From the NCBI GenBank assembly GCA_963772365.1, contig CAVYXA010000005.1:1-64000 (forward strand): 64,000 nt of DNA, written 5' to 3'. Positions 18,278 through 29,148 of the stretch are shown piece by piece. A program made the translations under genes and the position numbers. The first letter of the stretch is position 1. Each line of letters begins with the position of its first letter. Below the pieces are notes generated by a model. The model saw only the letters and a program-made list of their open reading frames with translations, made no database searches and was not told the origin of the DNA. Source of the DNA: an uncultured Verrucomicrobiae bacterium (lineage in GTDB: Bacteria; Verrucomicrobiota; Verrucomicrobiia; Chthoniobacterales; UBA10450).

Positions 18278-19447
18278 TTAAAACGGATTCACTTTTTCAA
18301 AACAGTCAAAAAACATGTTGCGGTACTTCGGCGCGAGCACGGGCCAGCTAAAGCGTTGGCGCACGTAATCTCGGCGCCGTTCCGCGTCCGCCGGGGTATC
18401 ATGTTCGTTTAATTGATTCAACAGCAGCGCTGCCAATGCTCCCGGCTGTGACAGATCCGCGACAGTTCCTTCGCTCCCCAGCACGAACCGCATCACCGGG
18501 TGATCATGCGCGATCACGAGCAGACCATGAATGAGCGCCTCCAGAAAGACGCGGCCAAATCCTTCTCGCAACGACGCGAGAACGAACAAATCAGCTGCCC
18601 GATAGTAATCGGCAACTTGCTCGTGCGGCACTGAACGCGCGGTGAAATTTTCGTCGCCGAGTTTCTCGCGAGCAAGATCGACAATTGCGCGACTCCCCTC
18701 ATCCATCGTTCCCAACATGACCAGATAAGGAGCTGACTCGGTTCTGACCTCGGACCTCTGTCTTCTGACTTCCGCGACCAGCGAAGCGACTTCTCTAACC
18801 ACGTAATCCATTCGCTTCTGTTTCGCTGAAATCCAGCCAACGGTTAGAATAGTTGGTCGATCACTCGGGAGATTCAGTTTGTGCCGCAGCGTGCCTTTTG
18901 TCTCGTCGCGTCGGTCGGGCTCGCTCTCCGGCACATTGATTCCGTATGGGACCACACGATGTCGTGCCGGTGCTTCCCCCGCCGCGATAGCCTCGTCATA
19001 ATGGAATGGGGCAACCTGATGAACATAATCCGTGCGATCGAAGGGCGGATGACACGGCCCGCCGTTCGAGAAGAGAAGTCGGAACGGTACCCCGATCTGC
19101 TTGCGCCAGCGAAAAAGCTGAAAGCCAAGATTCGAATCACTGTAGAAAATTATATCGGGCTTGTGCTTGCGAATCTCCTGCACCATCGCGGGAAACGTTG
19201 AGAGCTGTTCGACCGTATAGCTATCCCGTCGAACCAGCTTCCCGAGTAAACACGTTACGACACCAGTCCGTCGTAAATTCCAGAGAACGTGTTCATCCAG
19301 TTTTTCCTCCCCTGCTCCCTTGTAGAGCGTAACATCCAGTCGTTCGGTCCGTGATAATGCATCAAACGCCTGTCGAAAGAATGTCTCGATGCCGCGGTCG
19401 ATAATCCCGACGCCGCTGCAACAGAAGAAAATCTTTAATGGCTGCAT
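18278..19447 (-). CDS. GT4 glycosyltransferase
   Basis: RGIE, KRMD, YRAADLFVLASLREGFGRVFLEAL; heptamer insert AEVRRQRSEVR at 18743-18775. Confidence 0.92.
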   Translation of the reverse strand: MQPLKIFFCCSGVGIIDRGIETFFRQAFDALSRTERLDVTLYKGAGEEKLDEHVLWNLRRTGVVTCLLGKLVRRDSYTVEQLSTFPAMVQEIRKHKPDIIFYSDSNLGFQLFRWRKQIGVPFRLLFSNGGPCHPPFDRTDYVHQVAPFHYDEAIAAGEAPARHRVVPYGINVPESEPDRRDETKGTLRHKLNLPSDRPTILTVGWISAKQKRMDYVVREVASLVAEVRRQRSEVRTESAPYLVMLGTMDEGSRAIVDLAREKLGDENFTARSVPHEQVADYYRAADLFVLASLREGFGRVFLEALIHGLLVIAHDHPVMRFVLGSEGTVADLSQPGALAALLLNQLNEHDTPADAERRRDYVRQRFSWPVLAPKYRNMFFDCFEKVNPF

Positions 19448-19450
19448 CGA

Positions 19451-20200
19451 CTAACGCGGTCCCATCCAGAACCAGGACATTCGCTCAGGCCGCGCCTCAT
19501 TCACCGTCCAGCGCAGATATTTGTTCGGTAGCAAGCGCGTGTAAAATGTTCTGAAGGGAAAATCCGCGCTCGTGCGCTCTTCCTGCCAAATCCGCGTGAT
19601 ACCATGCGATCGTTGGAAACGCGCGGCAATTTTTTCGGCGATACCTCGTTCGACAAATTCGTGCAGCTCGACCAACAAGAACGCGTGTAGCAACTGCGGC
19701 ACAATCGTTGGATCGAGAAGGGCAGCCTCGTAACCCTCGACATCGCAAATGACTAGTGCGTGTCGCGCATCAGATAACGAATTGGCGAGATCGGCCACCT
19801 CGCACTTTCCGCGTATATCGATCCTGGGTTGAACACCATTCAGCGTCGCCATTTTATCGAGTGATTGCCGCCGCTCAGAATCCATTTCGAACGCAATTAC
19901 CCGCGTGTTTGGATTCCGCAACGCCATTCCGACAGCATAGTACCCTTCTGCTGCTCCGATCACGACGATCAACGTCAGTTCGAGCGCGCACGCCTTCTCA
20001 ACGTATGGATGCAATTCGCGCTCGTAGGTGCCAAGCAGGTTCGGAAGGTGTGCGTGGCCACGGCTCCCGCGCAAATACTTCATTCCACAGAACGGTCCAC
20101 CCTGGACGGTCTGATCTGTTCGCAATTGCACTAATCGCTCAAGGTACACTGAGGGTCGAAACCACTTCGGCACAATTTTGCGAATCAAGTTCGCGATCAT
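19451..20200 (-). CDS. Putative SAM-dependent methyltransferase (FkbM-like)
   Basis: LGTYERE, IGAAEGYYA, CDVEGYE, VELHE. Confidence 0.7.
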   Translation of the reverse strand: MIANLIRKIVPKWFRPSVYLERLVQLRTDQTVQGGPFCGMKYLRGSRGHAHLPNLLGTYERELHPYVEKACALELTLIVVIGAAEGYYAVGMALRNPNTRVIAFEMDSERRQSLDKMATLNGVQPRIDIRGKCEVADLANSLSDARHALVICDVEGYEAALLDPTIVPQLLHAFLLVELHEFVERGIAEKIAARFQRSHGITRIWQEERTSADFPFRTFYTRLLPNKYLRWTVNEARPERMSWFWMGPR

Positions 20201-21065
20201 TTGCGTTCACAAAAAACCCAGAACGTGTGAAATCGTTTTTCAAAGTCGCGCCCTTCGATGAGCTGGCCCGCCAACCCTTTGACCGTCCAATTCTGGGCAA
20301 TTAAAATGCGATAAATGTCACGTTGTGGAATTCGCAGCTTGAACAGTGGATCAGGATGAATCTCGAGAAAAAGCAGTTTGGCTGCTCTCAATGTTTCCGG
20401 TGCACCTTCCAGCACGTGTTTTTCATATCCTTCCACATCAATTTTCACGACGTCAGGAACTGCATTCAGGCGATGGCAAATTGAATCCACCGTTTCCGTC
20501 TTTACTTCGACCGGTGTATCGGTCGCGATGTCCGGCGCAACCTCCAGATGATGCCAATTGAAATGCATCAGAATCTGTACCGGCTTTGCTCCCGCACGCG
20601 ACTTGTTCGCAGACCAGTTGCTCAAATCCGTTTAGCCGCGCGTTTGCAATACGAATCGCGTGCGAAATAGGCGAAGGATCGATGCTGATGACACGGCTAG
20701 CCGGGTTTTTTGCCAAAAAAGCCAAAGAAAAAACGCCGTGACTCGCGCCGATGTCGAGGAACGACCGCGCACCCGGGCTTTTCGCCAGAAAGAGATCGAG
20801 TTCATCGGCCATCTGAGGTGAGCGCCAGCAAAACCACTCAAAAGGTTCACAACTCTCGGGGCGGATGCGGGAGCTTAATTCCAGGACGAAGTATGATTTC
20901 GTCCAGCGCAGCTCCTTTTTGCAATTCGGTATGGCGCCTTTTCAACTCAGTAAGCCGCTGTGGCGGCTTCCGACGGATAGCTCGAATACGCTGAATCGAC
21001 CTAAATAGCCGCCAGGGTAACCGACGGCGCAAACTGCGCTTAAGCGGGTTCAAAAGAGAATGCAT
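20197..21065 (-). CDS. FkbM-family methyltransferase split by two frameshifts
   Basis: FLDIGASHGVFSL (ORF 20453..20812), PDVVKIDVEGYE..LFLEIHP (20197..20625). Confidence 0.8.
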
Positions 21066-21184
21066 GCGGATCGCTAGCTTAGTTCCCCGGCAGGCGCCCG
21101 GGTCGTTTCGGGATAACTGCCGCCGAAAGACTGCACTGGAAGAGAGGCTGAACTATGGGCGAGCAGCCATACGCGCCCCTGCAT

Positions 21185-21967
21185 TTATATCTCATATCCA
21201 AGCCTGGCAAGCTGCTCCCCACACTGGTCGCGAGCTATCTTCAGCTTTGCTTCGTCCCATATGATCCGGGTCGGCGCGCCCGTCGTCAGGATTTCGGTTG
21301 ATGTCGGCCTTACCGAGAAGATTCGATTCAATCGCGATTGCCACAGCCCTCTGAGTTTTGGCGGCAGCAATGGTTCCCGCTGCCGTGCTCCAGCGCCTAA
21401 GGATCGCTCTAGCGTCGAAATTACGCCAGCAGGGTTAGCGACGATATTTTCGTACTTCAGGATCAAGGGATCGGCGCGCGATGTCCAAAGATCGACATGC
21501 TTGGCCCAGCTTCTAAAACGCTCGCGCAGCCACTCGCTGCAAGGAACTGTTGATTCGTCAGCTTGCTTTTCGGCAATCTCCCAATTCCACAATGATTGCA
21601 CCACGGCTAAAGGATTCCTGAGCACATAGATAATCTTGGCGGAATTTCGTAACCATTTTCCAACGGCCGGTTGATTTTCGATCACCTCCATAAAATCGGG
21701 GCTGGTCCAATGCAGCTTTCCCACCATGTGCTCTGATCTTAGCAAAACTTTCTTTATTCTACTGTCGCTCCAGGTTCGGCGCGACGAAGTACGCAATGAA
21801 TCCACTGGAAGATAAACTGTATCATTCGGCTCACAGGGCAGTTTCCAGCCGCCGAACCCTGCGAATTGTCTTCGGATCAGATCAATTGTCAGATGAGTGC
21901 CGGATCGCATATGGCTGGCAATGATGACCGGAAACTTCAACTGGCTGACTAATTGCTCGTCGATCAT
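21185..21967 (-). CDS. Sulfotransferase domain protein
   Basis: IASHMRSGTH (5'-PSB), YVLRNP (3'-PB), LKYE. Confidence 0.85.
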   Translation of the reverse strand: MIDEQLVSQLKFPVIIASHMRSGTHLTIDLIRRQFAGFGGWKLPCEPNDTVYLPVDSLRTSSRRTWSDSRIKKVLLRSEHMVGKLHWTSPDFMEVIENQPAVGKWLRNSAKIIYVLRNPLAVVQSLWNWEIAEKQADESTVPCSEWLRERFRSWAKHVDLWTSRADPLILKYENIVANPAGVISTLERSLGAGARQREPLLPPKLRGLWQSRLNRIFSVRPTSTEILTTGAPTRIIWDEAKLKIARDQCGEQLARLGYEI

Positions 21968-22971
21968 TTTTCCTCGGGCATTCGACAATCAGCGCTGAGC
22001 TGATTGCGCCAGCTCAGCTTGAGCGCGAGCTCTTGTTCAAGCTCGGCAATGACATCAGACCGAATTTTTTGTGGACGAGCAGATTCGGAAAAACACGGGC
22101 GAAAGTGGTCGAGGAATTGAAGCAGATAGGTATGGACGAGCCGCTGCGCGATTCGAATGTACGGCGGTTGGAGATGATTTGTTTGATGAACCAATTGTAA
22201 ATCTGTTCCAAGGTTCCAATGCTTCAACCCGGGCAAATTATCTGGCGTGACAAATTTTTTCCATTCCCGCTCAGCCCAGTGATGCAGTTCCGGCCGTGAC
22301 CAGTTGGCGCGGTTCTCTGGGTCGCTCATCATGATCGCGCGCAGCAGGCAACGGCGCTCCAGCTGAACTGGGTCCCGATGTGGATAATGTCGAATGGGCA
22401 GCCGTTCCCGCGCGACGTAGCCGGCGTTGAATGGGAAGGAGACCGTTTCGGGCCATTGCATCGTGCTGCGGTAACGACAAAGCCGTGGCTCACTGTAGGT
22501 GCTGATCGCGTAATACCGGCGGCGTTCTTCGATTGGTCGTTGGCGATCTTGCAGCGTTTCTTCGCCCCGATTCCACGCGTTCAACTCCGACTGCGTCAGG
22601 CGGAAGTCGTAATACTGATGATACGCTGCGGTTTCGTGATTTCGCATGTAGCCCTTCACGAACTCCGGTGGCGGAATGTGATGAAACTCGTCGGCATCGA
22701 CGCGCAGGAACCAATCGCCCTCTCGCATCTGCTGGCGCGCGATCTGGAACAGGTAACCGCGCAGCCATGTTTCAGAGAAATACACTGGCTCTTTAAGCAA
22801 TGGAATGACCCGCCGATCACGTAACGCAAAATCCTCAACGATCTCCCATGTGTCATCCACGCTACCTGTGTCGAACACGTAAATGCCGTCAGCCCAGGTC
22901 AAGGCGTGCTCCAGGCACTGGCCGATGATGTCCGCCTCGTCACGTACTGGCAAAAGCGCGTAAAATTTCAT
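21964..22971 (-). CDS. GT2-like glycosyltransferase
   Basis: VRDEADII, DTGSVDDT, WFLRVDADEF. Confidence 0.85.
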   Translation of the reverse strand: MKFYALLPVRDEADIIGQCLEHALTWADGIYVFDTGSVDDTWEIVEDFALRDRRVIPLLKEPVYFSETWLRGYLFQIARQQMREGDWFLRVDADEFHHIPPPEFVKGYMRNHETAAYHQYYDFRLTQSELNAWNRGEETLQDRQRPIEERRRYYAISTYSEPRLCRYRSTMQWPETVSFPFNAGYVARERLPIRHYPHRDPVQLERRCLLRAIMMSDPENRANWSRPELHHWAEREWKKFVTPDNLPGLKHWNLGTDLQLVHQTNHLQPPYIRIAQRLVHTYLLQFLDHFRPCFSESARPQKIRSDVIAELEQELALKLSWRNQLSADCRMPEEK

Positions 22972-23879
22972 TCGATCGTTTTGGCCGGGGAGACTACCGG
23001 GGGCAATGACTGCCGCGACCGCCGCTCCAGCTTTAACCACTGATAATAAATTTGCCATTTAATCGGCGAGCGATGACGCAGACATGCCGGGATTCCGCGG
23101 ATTGCCGACCACCACCACACTGGTTCTTGTATGGCCCAGCGAATGCCCTGACTACAGACGTATTGAAACTGCCGCCAAATTCGAAACAATCCCACCGGGA
23201 TCAAGTAAGGCAGCGGACAACGCAACAAGACGCTCCACAATTCATTCCGCGCGTTCAGTTGATGTCGCCCTACGATGTTTCTGCCCTTCCCAGATACAGC
23301 GTGGTAGATGGTCATCGTAGGATCGAACCAGACATTATATCTGAGCGCGTAACATTGGAGCGCGTAATCCGGCTCTTCGTACATGTGCTCAAAGAAAACC
23401 GGGAAGCCCTTCGACCGCAGGTAAATGTCGCGGCGCATTGCCGCAGCACAATTTGCGTACACGCTAATCAAGTGCGCCGGCGACGCGGGTGTTTTCGTTA
23501 GATCGGCAAACGTGCCGTCGGTTCGTAATTCCGGAAAGGAAATCACGGCGGCACGATCATGCTCTTGAAAAAGGACTGACAATCGAGCAAAGAAATTTCG
23601 GTCAAGCGGGTAACTGTCGTCGTCAAAACTGGCGACAACCTGCGCCTTGGCAAGCCGCAACAATCGGTCTCGAGAATAGACGGAGCCACGCGGGTCATGA
23701 TTCTCTATGACGGAGCATGTGGGAAATTCGCGTTGGAGTGTTTCGGCGGTCCCGTCAGTGCAACCATCGGCGCAAATGAGAATTTCATCAGGCGGCGGGT
23801 CGCTCTCCAGCAGTTTGCGAATCGTAGCGCGAACTTCATCACGACGATTGTGGGTTGTAATGATCGCTGCAACGCTCAC
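22968..23879 (-). CDS. GT2 glycosyltransferase
   Basis: ITTHNR, DGCTDGT, FDDDS, YEEPDY. Confidence 0.9.
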   Translation of the reverse strand: MSVAAIITTHNRRDEVRATIRKLLESDPPPDEILICADGCTDGTAETLQREFPTCSVIENHDPRGSVYSRDRLLRLAKAQVVASFDDDSYPLDRNFFARLSVLFQEHDRAAVISFPELRTDGTFADLTKTPASPAHLISVYANCAAAMRRDIYLRSKGFPVFFEHMYEEPDYALQCYALRYNVWFDPTMTIYHAVSGKGRNIVGRHQLNARNELWSVLLRCPLPYLIPVGLFRIWRQFQYVCSQGIRWAIQEPVWWWSAIRGIPACLRHRSPIKWQIYYQWLKLERRSRQSLPPVVSPAKTIE

Positions 23880-23891
23880 TTCGACGCCAGG

Positions 23892-25115
23892 TTATCGTTT
23901 TTCAAAGGATCGTACAGCTGCTAAGAGCCGATCAGCATAACGGTCCCAGGTATAGTCTCGAGCACGCGCCCGCGCGGCCTCTGCCATGCGCTCACGCTTT
24001 TGTCGATCTTCGATGATTTCGGCCATAGCCTCAGCGAGTGCGTCTGCGTCCCGCGACGGAACGATCCTCCCCTCGATGTTGTCTCGCACGATCGCTCTCG
24101 ATTCCGGCACTGTGACAACCGGAATTCCACACGCGAGTGCTTCGTAGTGCACGCCGGGGCCGCCTTCTGCAAGCGATGGCAGCACAAAGATGTCAGCCGT
24201 GGCGTATTCGCCCGCAATTTTAGTCCGCGGCACCCGCCCGAGGAAGGTCAAATATCGACACGGCGGCTGGCTTGCCACTGAGGACTCGACATCGCCCGCG
24301 ACACGGAACTCGTAGGTGAAGCCTCGGCTCACCAATTTCTCCGCTGCCATGGCAAAGTAGTGAATGCCTTTGCGTAAGTCGGCGGTGCCTGCAAAAAGCA
24401 CGCGACCCCGCACCGGATTATTTTTCACTTTGTAAAACTCCGGGTTCGCTCCATACGGTACAATGGCCGTGCGTTCTTGGGGAAAGCCGAAGTTGTGAAC
24501 AAGGTCGTCTCGAACCGATTCCGAGGGGCAGATCGCAAAGTCCGTACGAGTCAGCAGGATATCTTCATTCCGAAATTGGCGGCTGATTGCCTCGAAATCA
24601 GGCATCTCCGTTTCCCATCCCGGAAACTTCTTCTGCTCCTCTCTGACGATGCGGATAGTGCTGAGCGGAATGTAGATCTCGGAGACCACAGTAAGCCCTT
24701 GTTCCTTCGCTGCGATTAGCAGCGGTCCGCATTCGCCAAGCATCGAATGCAGATGGGTTGCATGCCCAAAACCTTGACGTGCCATGGCATGGCCCAGCGC
24801 ATTCGAAAACCGCAGCGATTGCTTGAAATTCTCAATCGGATTTCGACGTGTTAAGCGGCGCCGGATCTCGTACGTCAGCGCCAACAACGGAAATGTAATT
24901 GTCTTCTCTCGCAAGCGGGCTGGTAAGCGTCGGCCCGCAAGCCGTCGCACCGTGGTGCCGATGAAAGGCAGCGCGACACAAAAGCGCGCAAGTGAACCAA
25001 TTCCGAGGTCACCCGTTATATCTGTGTACAGGCGTTCGAGCATTCCAGCATCGTTCAGAATCGCCGGTACCGCATACCCACGACGGGCACCGATTTGTGC
25101 GACAACGACTTTCAT
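23892..25115 (-). CDS. GT4 glycosyltransferase (start MKVVVAQIG)
   Basis: RKGIHY, ADIFVLPSLAEG..YEALACGIPVV. Confidence 0.9.
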   Translation of the reverse strand: MKVVVAQIGARRGYAVPAILNDAGMLERLYTDITGDLGIGSLARFCVALPFIGTTVRRLAGRRLPARLREKTITFPLLALTYEIRRRLTRRNPIENFKQSLRFSNALGHAMARQGFGHATHLHSMLGECGPLLIAAKEQGLTVVSEIYIPLSTIRIVREEQKKFPGWETEMPDFEAISRQFRNEDILLTRTDFAICPSESVRDDLVHNFGFPQERTAIVPYGANPEFYKVKNNPVRGRVLFAGTADLRKGIHYFAMAAEKLVSRGFTYEFRVAGDVESSVASQPPCRYLTFLGRVPRTKIAGEYATADIFVLPSLAEGGPGVHYEALACGIPVVTVPESRAIVRDNIEGRIVPSRDADALAEAMAEIIEDRQKRERMAEAARARARDYTWDRYADRLLAAVRSFEKR

Positions 25116-26551
25116 CAGGCCTTGGCTCTTACCGTCATGGCAAGCCAGATGCGTTTGTGCACTTCTAGCAAATCCTTCCAGCGCGGCAGCAGATTGTGCA
25201 ACAAAGCATGATGGAAATGCCAGCGTGCGGCCAGCATCATCACGATGAGAACGACTACCTCCGATGCAACAGCACCTACGACTACTCCGAAAATACCGAA
25301 TGGTCCGGCAAGCCACCAGCCGAGTGCCAGCATCGCGATCAAGCCGGCTGCGCGGGCCTCTAAGCCGATAAACGCCCGACCCTGGGCGCGCATTGCTTGC
25401 TCCAGGATGCCGGATTGCCCAGCAAATGCCGCTCTGGGGATCAAAAGAATTGCCGGCCAGATCGCCGGCCGGAAGGCGACGCCGTACAAAACTGGCAGAA
25501 GAACTGGAATCAGAACCGCGACGCCAATTCCAGCCAGCAACCAGGTCCATGCGGTGAAGCGAAACATTCGTGCTATCCGGTCGAAGCCTTCCCGATGTTT
25601 CTCCTGCGTTGACATGCCGAAACTCACAGTGCCAGCCGCGCCGGCAAGGCTGCTCACAACTGACGCCGCCGTAAGCGCGACCGTATAGAAGCCAAGTTGT
25701 TTCGTGCCTAACAGGTAAAGCAGAAGCGCCTTGTCAGCCGTCTGGGCAAGCGGGTTGAGCAGGCCGGCCAGACCGAATGGCAATGCTTCGCTTAAAACGA
25801 GCTTGGGAGATTCCATTGGCCCGGGCACCGGCGCGTGCCGCACTGCTAATGCGACGCGAGCGATCGCCACCACAGCATTCGCGATCAATAAACTGGCCAC
25901 AAACCACGTGACGCTGTGAATTCGTGCGACCCATAGAACGATAATTAACCCCAGATACACGGGGTTCACGATCAGCCGGGTCCAATTCATGCGACGAAAC
26001 CAGCCGGCGCCCTGGTCGATGGCAACAAGCCCAAGCGACACGTGATTAAAGATGATGAAGGGAAGAAAAATAAAAGCGCTCAATAGAACGGTTTCGTCGG
26101 CACGTGGCAACAGCCACGGGAGCGCGACGGCACAGGCTGCCGTCGCGAGCAGCCCTGTTAATGGTGTGAGCAACAGACCGGCGCGGATGACGCGCGGCAG
26201 ATTCTTTGCACGTCCAGCGCGGCGGGCGAGCGCGATGCCAACGCCCAGTCCACCGATGCCCGCAAACAAGGTTGGCCAAAGTATCGCAGCGGCAAATTGT
26301 CCGCGCCCCAGGGGGCCCAATAGTCTCGCCACGAGAATGCCTTGAAGTATTGTACAAACCTGGATGACGACATTCGTGACAAAGGTTCCGGCAAATTCTC
26401 GCGATCCGATTGGGCGCAGGGCTGGTGCTGGCGGCCCAGATAAATCATTGCTTGTTTCCTCTGTGTTCACGACTGCTCGACTGAAACGATTGTGGTGCTC
26501 GGTTGAGCACTGCAGCACGGACAGCGCTTCCGTTGGGTCAGGGGTTTCCAC
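25115..26551 (-). CDS. wzx: Oligosaccharide flippase (start may be GTG ~26470)
   Basis: ARLLGPLGRGQF, many TM segments, ADKALL..LGFYTVA. Confidence 0.88.
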   Translation of the reverse strand: METPDPTEALSVLQCSTEHHNRFSRAVVNTEETSNDLSGPPAPALRPIGSREFAGTFVTNVVIQVCTILQGILVARLLGPLGRGQFAAAILWPTLFAGIGGLGVGIALARRAGRAKNLPRVIRAGLLLTPLTGLLATAACAVALPWLLPRADETVLLSAFIFLPFIIFNHVSLGLVAIDQGAGWFRRMNWTRLIVNPVYLGLIIVLWVARIHSVTWFVASLLIANAVVAIARVALAVRHAPVPGPMESPKLVLSEALPFGLAGLLNPLAQTADKALLLYLLGTKQLGFYTVALTAASVVSSLAGAAGTVSFGMSTQEKHREGFDRIARMFRFTAWTWLLAGIGVAVLIPVLLPVLYGVAFRPAIWPAILLIPRAAFAGQSGILEQAMRAQGRAFIGLEARAAGLIAMLALGWWLAGPFGIFGVVVGAVASEVVVLIVMMLAARWHFHHALLHNLLPRWKDLLEVHKRIWLAMTVRAKA

Positions 26552-26675
26552 AATCCTTGAATGGCATACTCAAATCGATGGGATATCACAGATTAAGATG
26601 TTCGCTTCAATTCAGACTCCGAGTCATCCTGAATCCTCGCGCTTACAACTGCTGGAGCGGCATCAACGATTGCCT

Positions 26676-28347
26676 TCACTTATTTCGCCTGACTCTGGAG
26701 GGAACAGCTTCTCGATATAGTTTGGCAATCTTTAGCATTCCCGGGTTTTCGTACCAGCCATCGAACAGCATTATCTGTCCATTGCGAAGCGCTTGTACGA
26801 GGGCGTCATGATCTTCCACGCGATCACCGGTGCGAGCGTTGAGCACACTGAAAGCAGTTTTGTAAACAGCGCGCGCTCCGGCCGGTGTCGAGGTCACATG
26901 GTATTTCCAGTAGTTGTTGTAAGGTGCGGAATAGGCGAAGTAGCGCATCGATTCGTTTTCCGGCATCAGCAGTGCGTCCGGGTAAGCATCGGCAACACTC
27001 TTGAACACGTCAGGGTTTAAGGGACGACCGACTGTTGTTGTGGAGTCGACGTAAAACAGTGTGCAGCCCCAGCGTTTTTTCGCGTAGGCAATTTTATCTT
27101 TCAGGACTTGGGCCGCGTGCTCGTCATCGGCCTGGCCTTGCACCGGTTTGCCGTCCATCATCGTGATTTGCTGTGGGCGAATGCAGACGCCGGTTTTCAA
27201 ACCCGCGGCCCGAAATTTCTCGAAAAACTCATCAATAACTGACTTTCCTGAATTACTCTTGAACTCCATTTCCGGCGCCAGCGTCGGCACCAATCGCGGA
27301 TCACCATAATAACAAGCGTTGCGAAATTCCTGGCCTTCCGGGTCCCACGTGATCATTCCCTGAGCGTTCGCATCCTGCAGCACTTTCACGCTATTATCCG
27401 CGAACTTCAGCAGCGCTTCGCGGAATGTCCTAGTTCCTTCTTCGGTAGAAATGTCGATCTTGCCGCCATTTACAATCCAGCGGCGTGGATTGGTTGGCGC
27501 GTTTTGGCCGGAGCTGGCCAGAAAGATTGCGCCGATGGGACGATGATCCGACCAGCGGACCTGGAACGGATACTTTTTGCGGTAGCCTGCGATGATGTCA
27601 CCACCCAATTGCTGCACGGTTGCGCCGCCACGACCGAACCGAAATGAAACTTCACAGGTTTTGGTCTGGCCGGGTTTGATGTCCCGCATTTTCAGGCTGA
27701 ATGGATAACGCGTTTTCTCGGTGTTGGAGCTATTCAGCACGCCAATCGTCGATTCGAGGTCGTCCGCGCAGAAGTTTAGCGCGCCGCTTCCGTAATCAAC
27801 CAGAACAATCGGTACGCTGAAACGCGAATCGACAATCTGGGGATATTTATGCAGCGGGAGGAGGTCGCCTTTGAATCCGAAGCCGAACATGCCTGCTTCC
27901 AATGTGCCGCCATTCGGGACGCTGGGAAACGTCAACTGGAGCAAGCGCAACGGCTGTTCGTCGATCTCTCGGTCACTGTTATTTACCATTCGGACTCTGA
28001 TTGCCAGGATGTTGCCGCCTTTTTTCCGGGTACCGGCACGAGACGCGGCCCCACGGATACCAGATTTCTATTGTGTCACCTTGTTTCGAGGCGCTGGTCG
28101 GGACCGGTGACGAGATCCCGAGCCCTAGTGCGTCCAGTGCGGCTCGGATCATAGACTTGCCTGGCTTTACCTCGCCGTCTTCTGGCGATCGCAGGAACGG
28201 CTGCCCGTTGAATGAGAGCGAATCCAAGCCGCAATCACCAACTTTGAAGCTTAGCTCCTGTCTTGGAACAGTTCTCGCAAAGCTCGATGGCGACGAGTGC
28301 GCGACGACAAGGACAATTGCACCAGCGGCGATGGCAAGACGGCTCAT
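26676..28347 (-). CDS. Secreted hypothetical protein, frameshift near 28025; possibly carbohydrate-active
   Basis: Signal-peptide-like MSRLAIAAGAIVLVVA joins ORF 26676..27989; ATG overlaps the upstream stop. Confidence 0.7.
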
Positions 28348-29084
28348 TGGCGTGTTTGCGGCGGCAATTCGCGTCCGTATTTCCAAATCAACCACGGCAA
28401 TTCCGCCGCCCGTGCCAGGCGTGGAACAAAGACGCGCGGCTGCCGCAGCAATCTCAACAGCCAGCCGAGATACAACCGATCGGCCCATTCCGGAATAGCG
28501 ACCTGGTCGCCGGTCAAAAAACCAAGCGCCGCGCCGATGCAATGGATCGAGGGACGATAAGAAAGATGGTCTCGCAAATATTGGCCAAGTTTCTCCTGCG
28601 GGCCGCTGCCAACACCAATGACAACGTGGGCCGGATGCAAACTCTCGATTTTGTCGAGCAATTGTCGATCTTCGACGCGCAGGCTGTATCGTGGCGCCAC
28701 GTAGAGGTCGGCATTGGCAAATCCAAGACCTTTCGCCGCGAGCCAGCGCGCGGTCTTGTCGCGCGCATTCTCATTTGGCAAAACCCAAAGAACCCTGTGC
28801 TTGTTCTCCGCGAGCAGGCGCGCAACCAGCGCCTGAAGATATTTTAAGCCCGAAATGCGGTTCAGTTTTCGGCCGCGGGAAAATCTCCAAAGCAAAACCA
28901 TTGCCCCGCTGTCGGGAATGGCCAAATCGGCCCGCGTCATCGCTTCGGAATAAAAAGGATCGCGTCGGAGTCGGGCAAAACAAGTTCCGGACGGCGCGAC
29001 GAGAAAACCACCGCTTCGGGACATCAACTCAATGGCTCGATCGACATCTCCATCGAAAAAGTTGATACCGAGAATTTTTTGCAT
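28344..29084 (-). CDS. WecB/TagA/CpsF-family glycosyltransferase
   Basis: ADLAIPDSG, RISG, VGSGPQE, CIGAA, LGWLLRL. Confidence 0.88.
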   Translation of the reverse strand: MQKILGINFFDGDVDRAIELMSRSGGFLVAPSGTCFARLRRDPFYSEAMTRADLAIPDSGAMVLLWRFSRGRKLNRISGLKYLQALVARLLAENKHRVLWVLPNENARDKTARWLAAKGLGFANADLYVAPRYSLRVEDRQLLDKIESLHPAHVVIGVGSGPQEKLGQYLRDHLSYRPSIHCIGAALGFLTGDQVAIPEWADRLYLGWLLRLLRQPRVFVPRLARAAELPWLIWKYGRELPPQTRQ

Positions 29085-29148
29085 CGCCAGCAGTTCCACG
29101 GAGTCGCAGTGTAATCGCATTTTCGCGGCGCGAGAATCTGAATATGTT

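Noticed and set aside
23892..25550. Long N-terminal extensions given by the ORF track for several operon genes (e.g. starts 25550, 23058, 17147, 29297)
   Set aside because: They overlap upstream genes; internal starts coupled to the preceding stop codons fit better.
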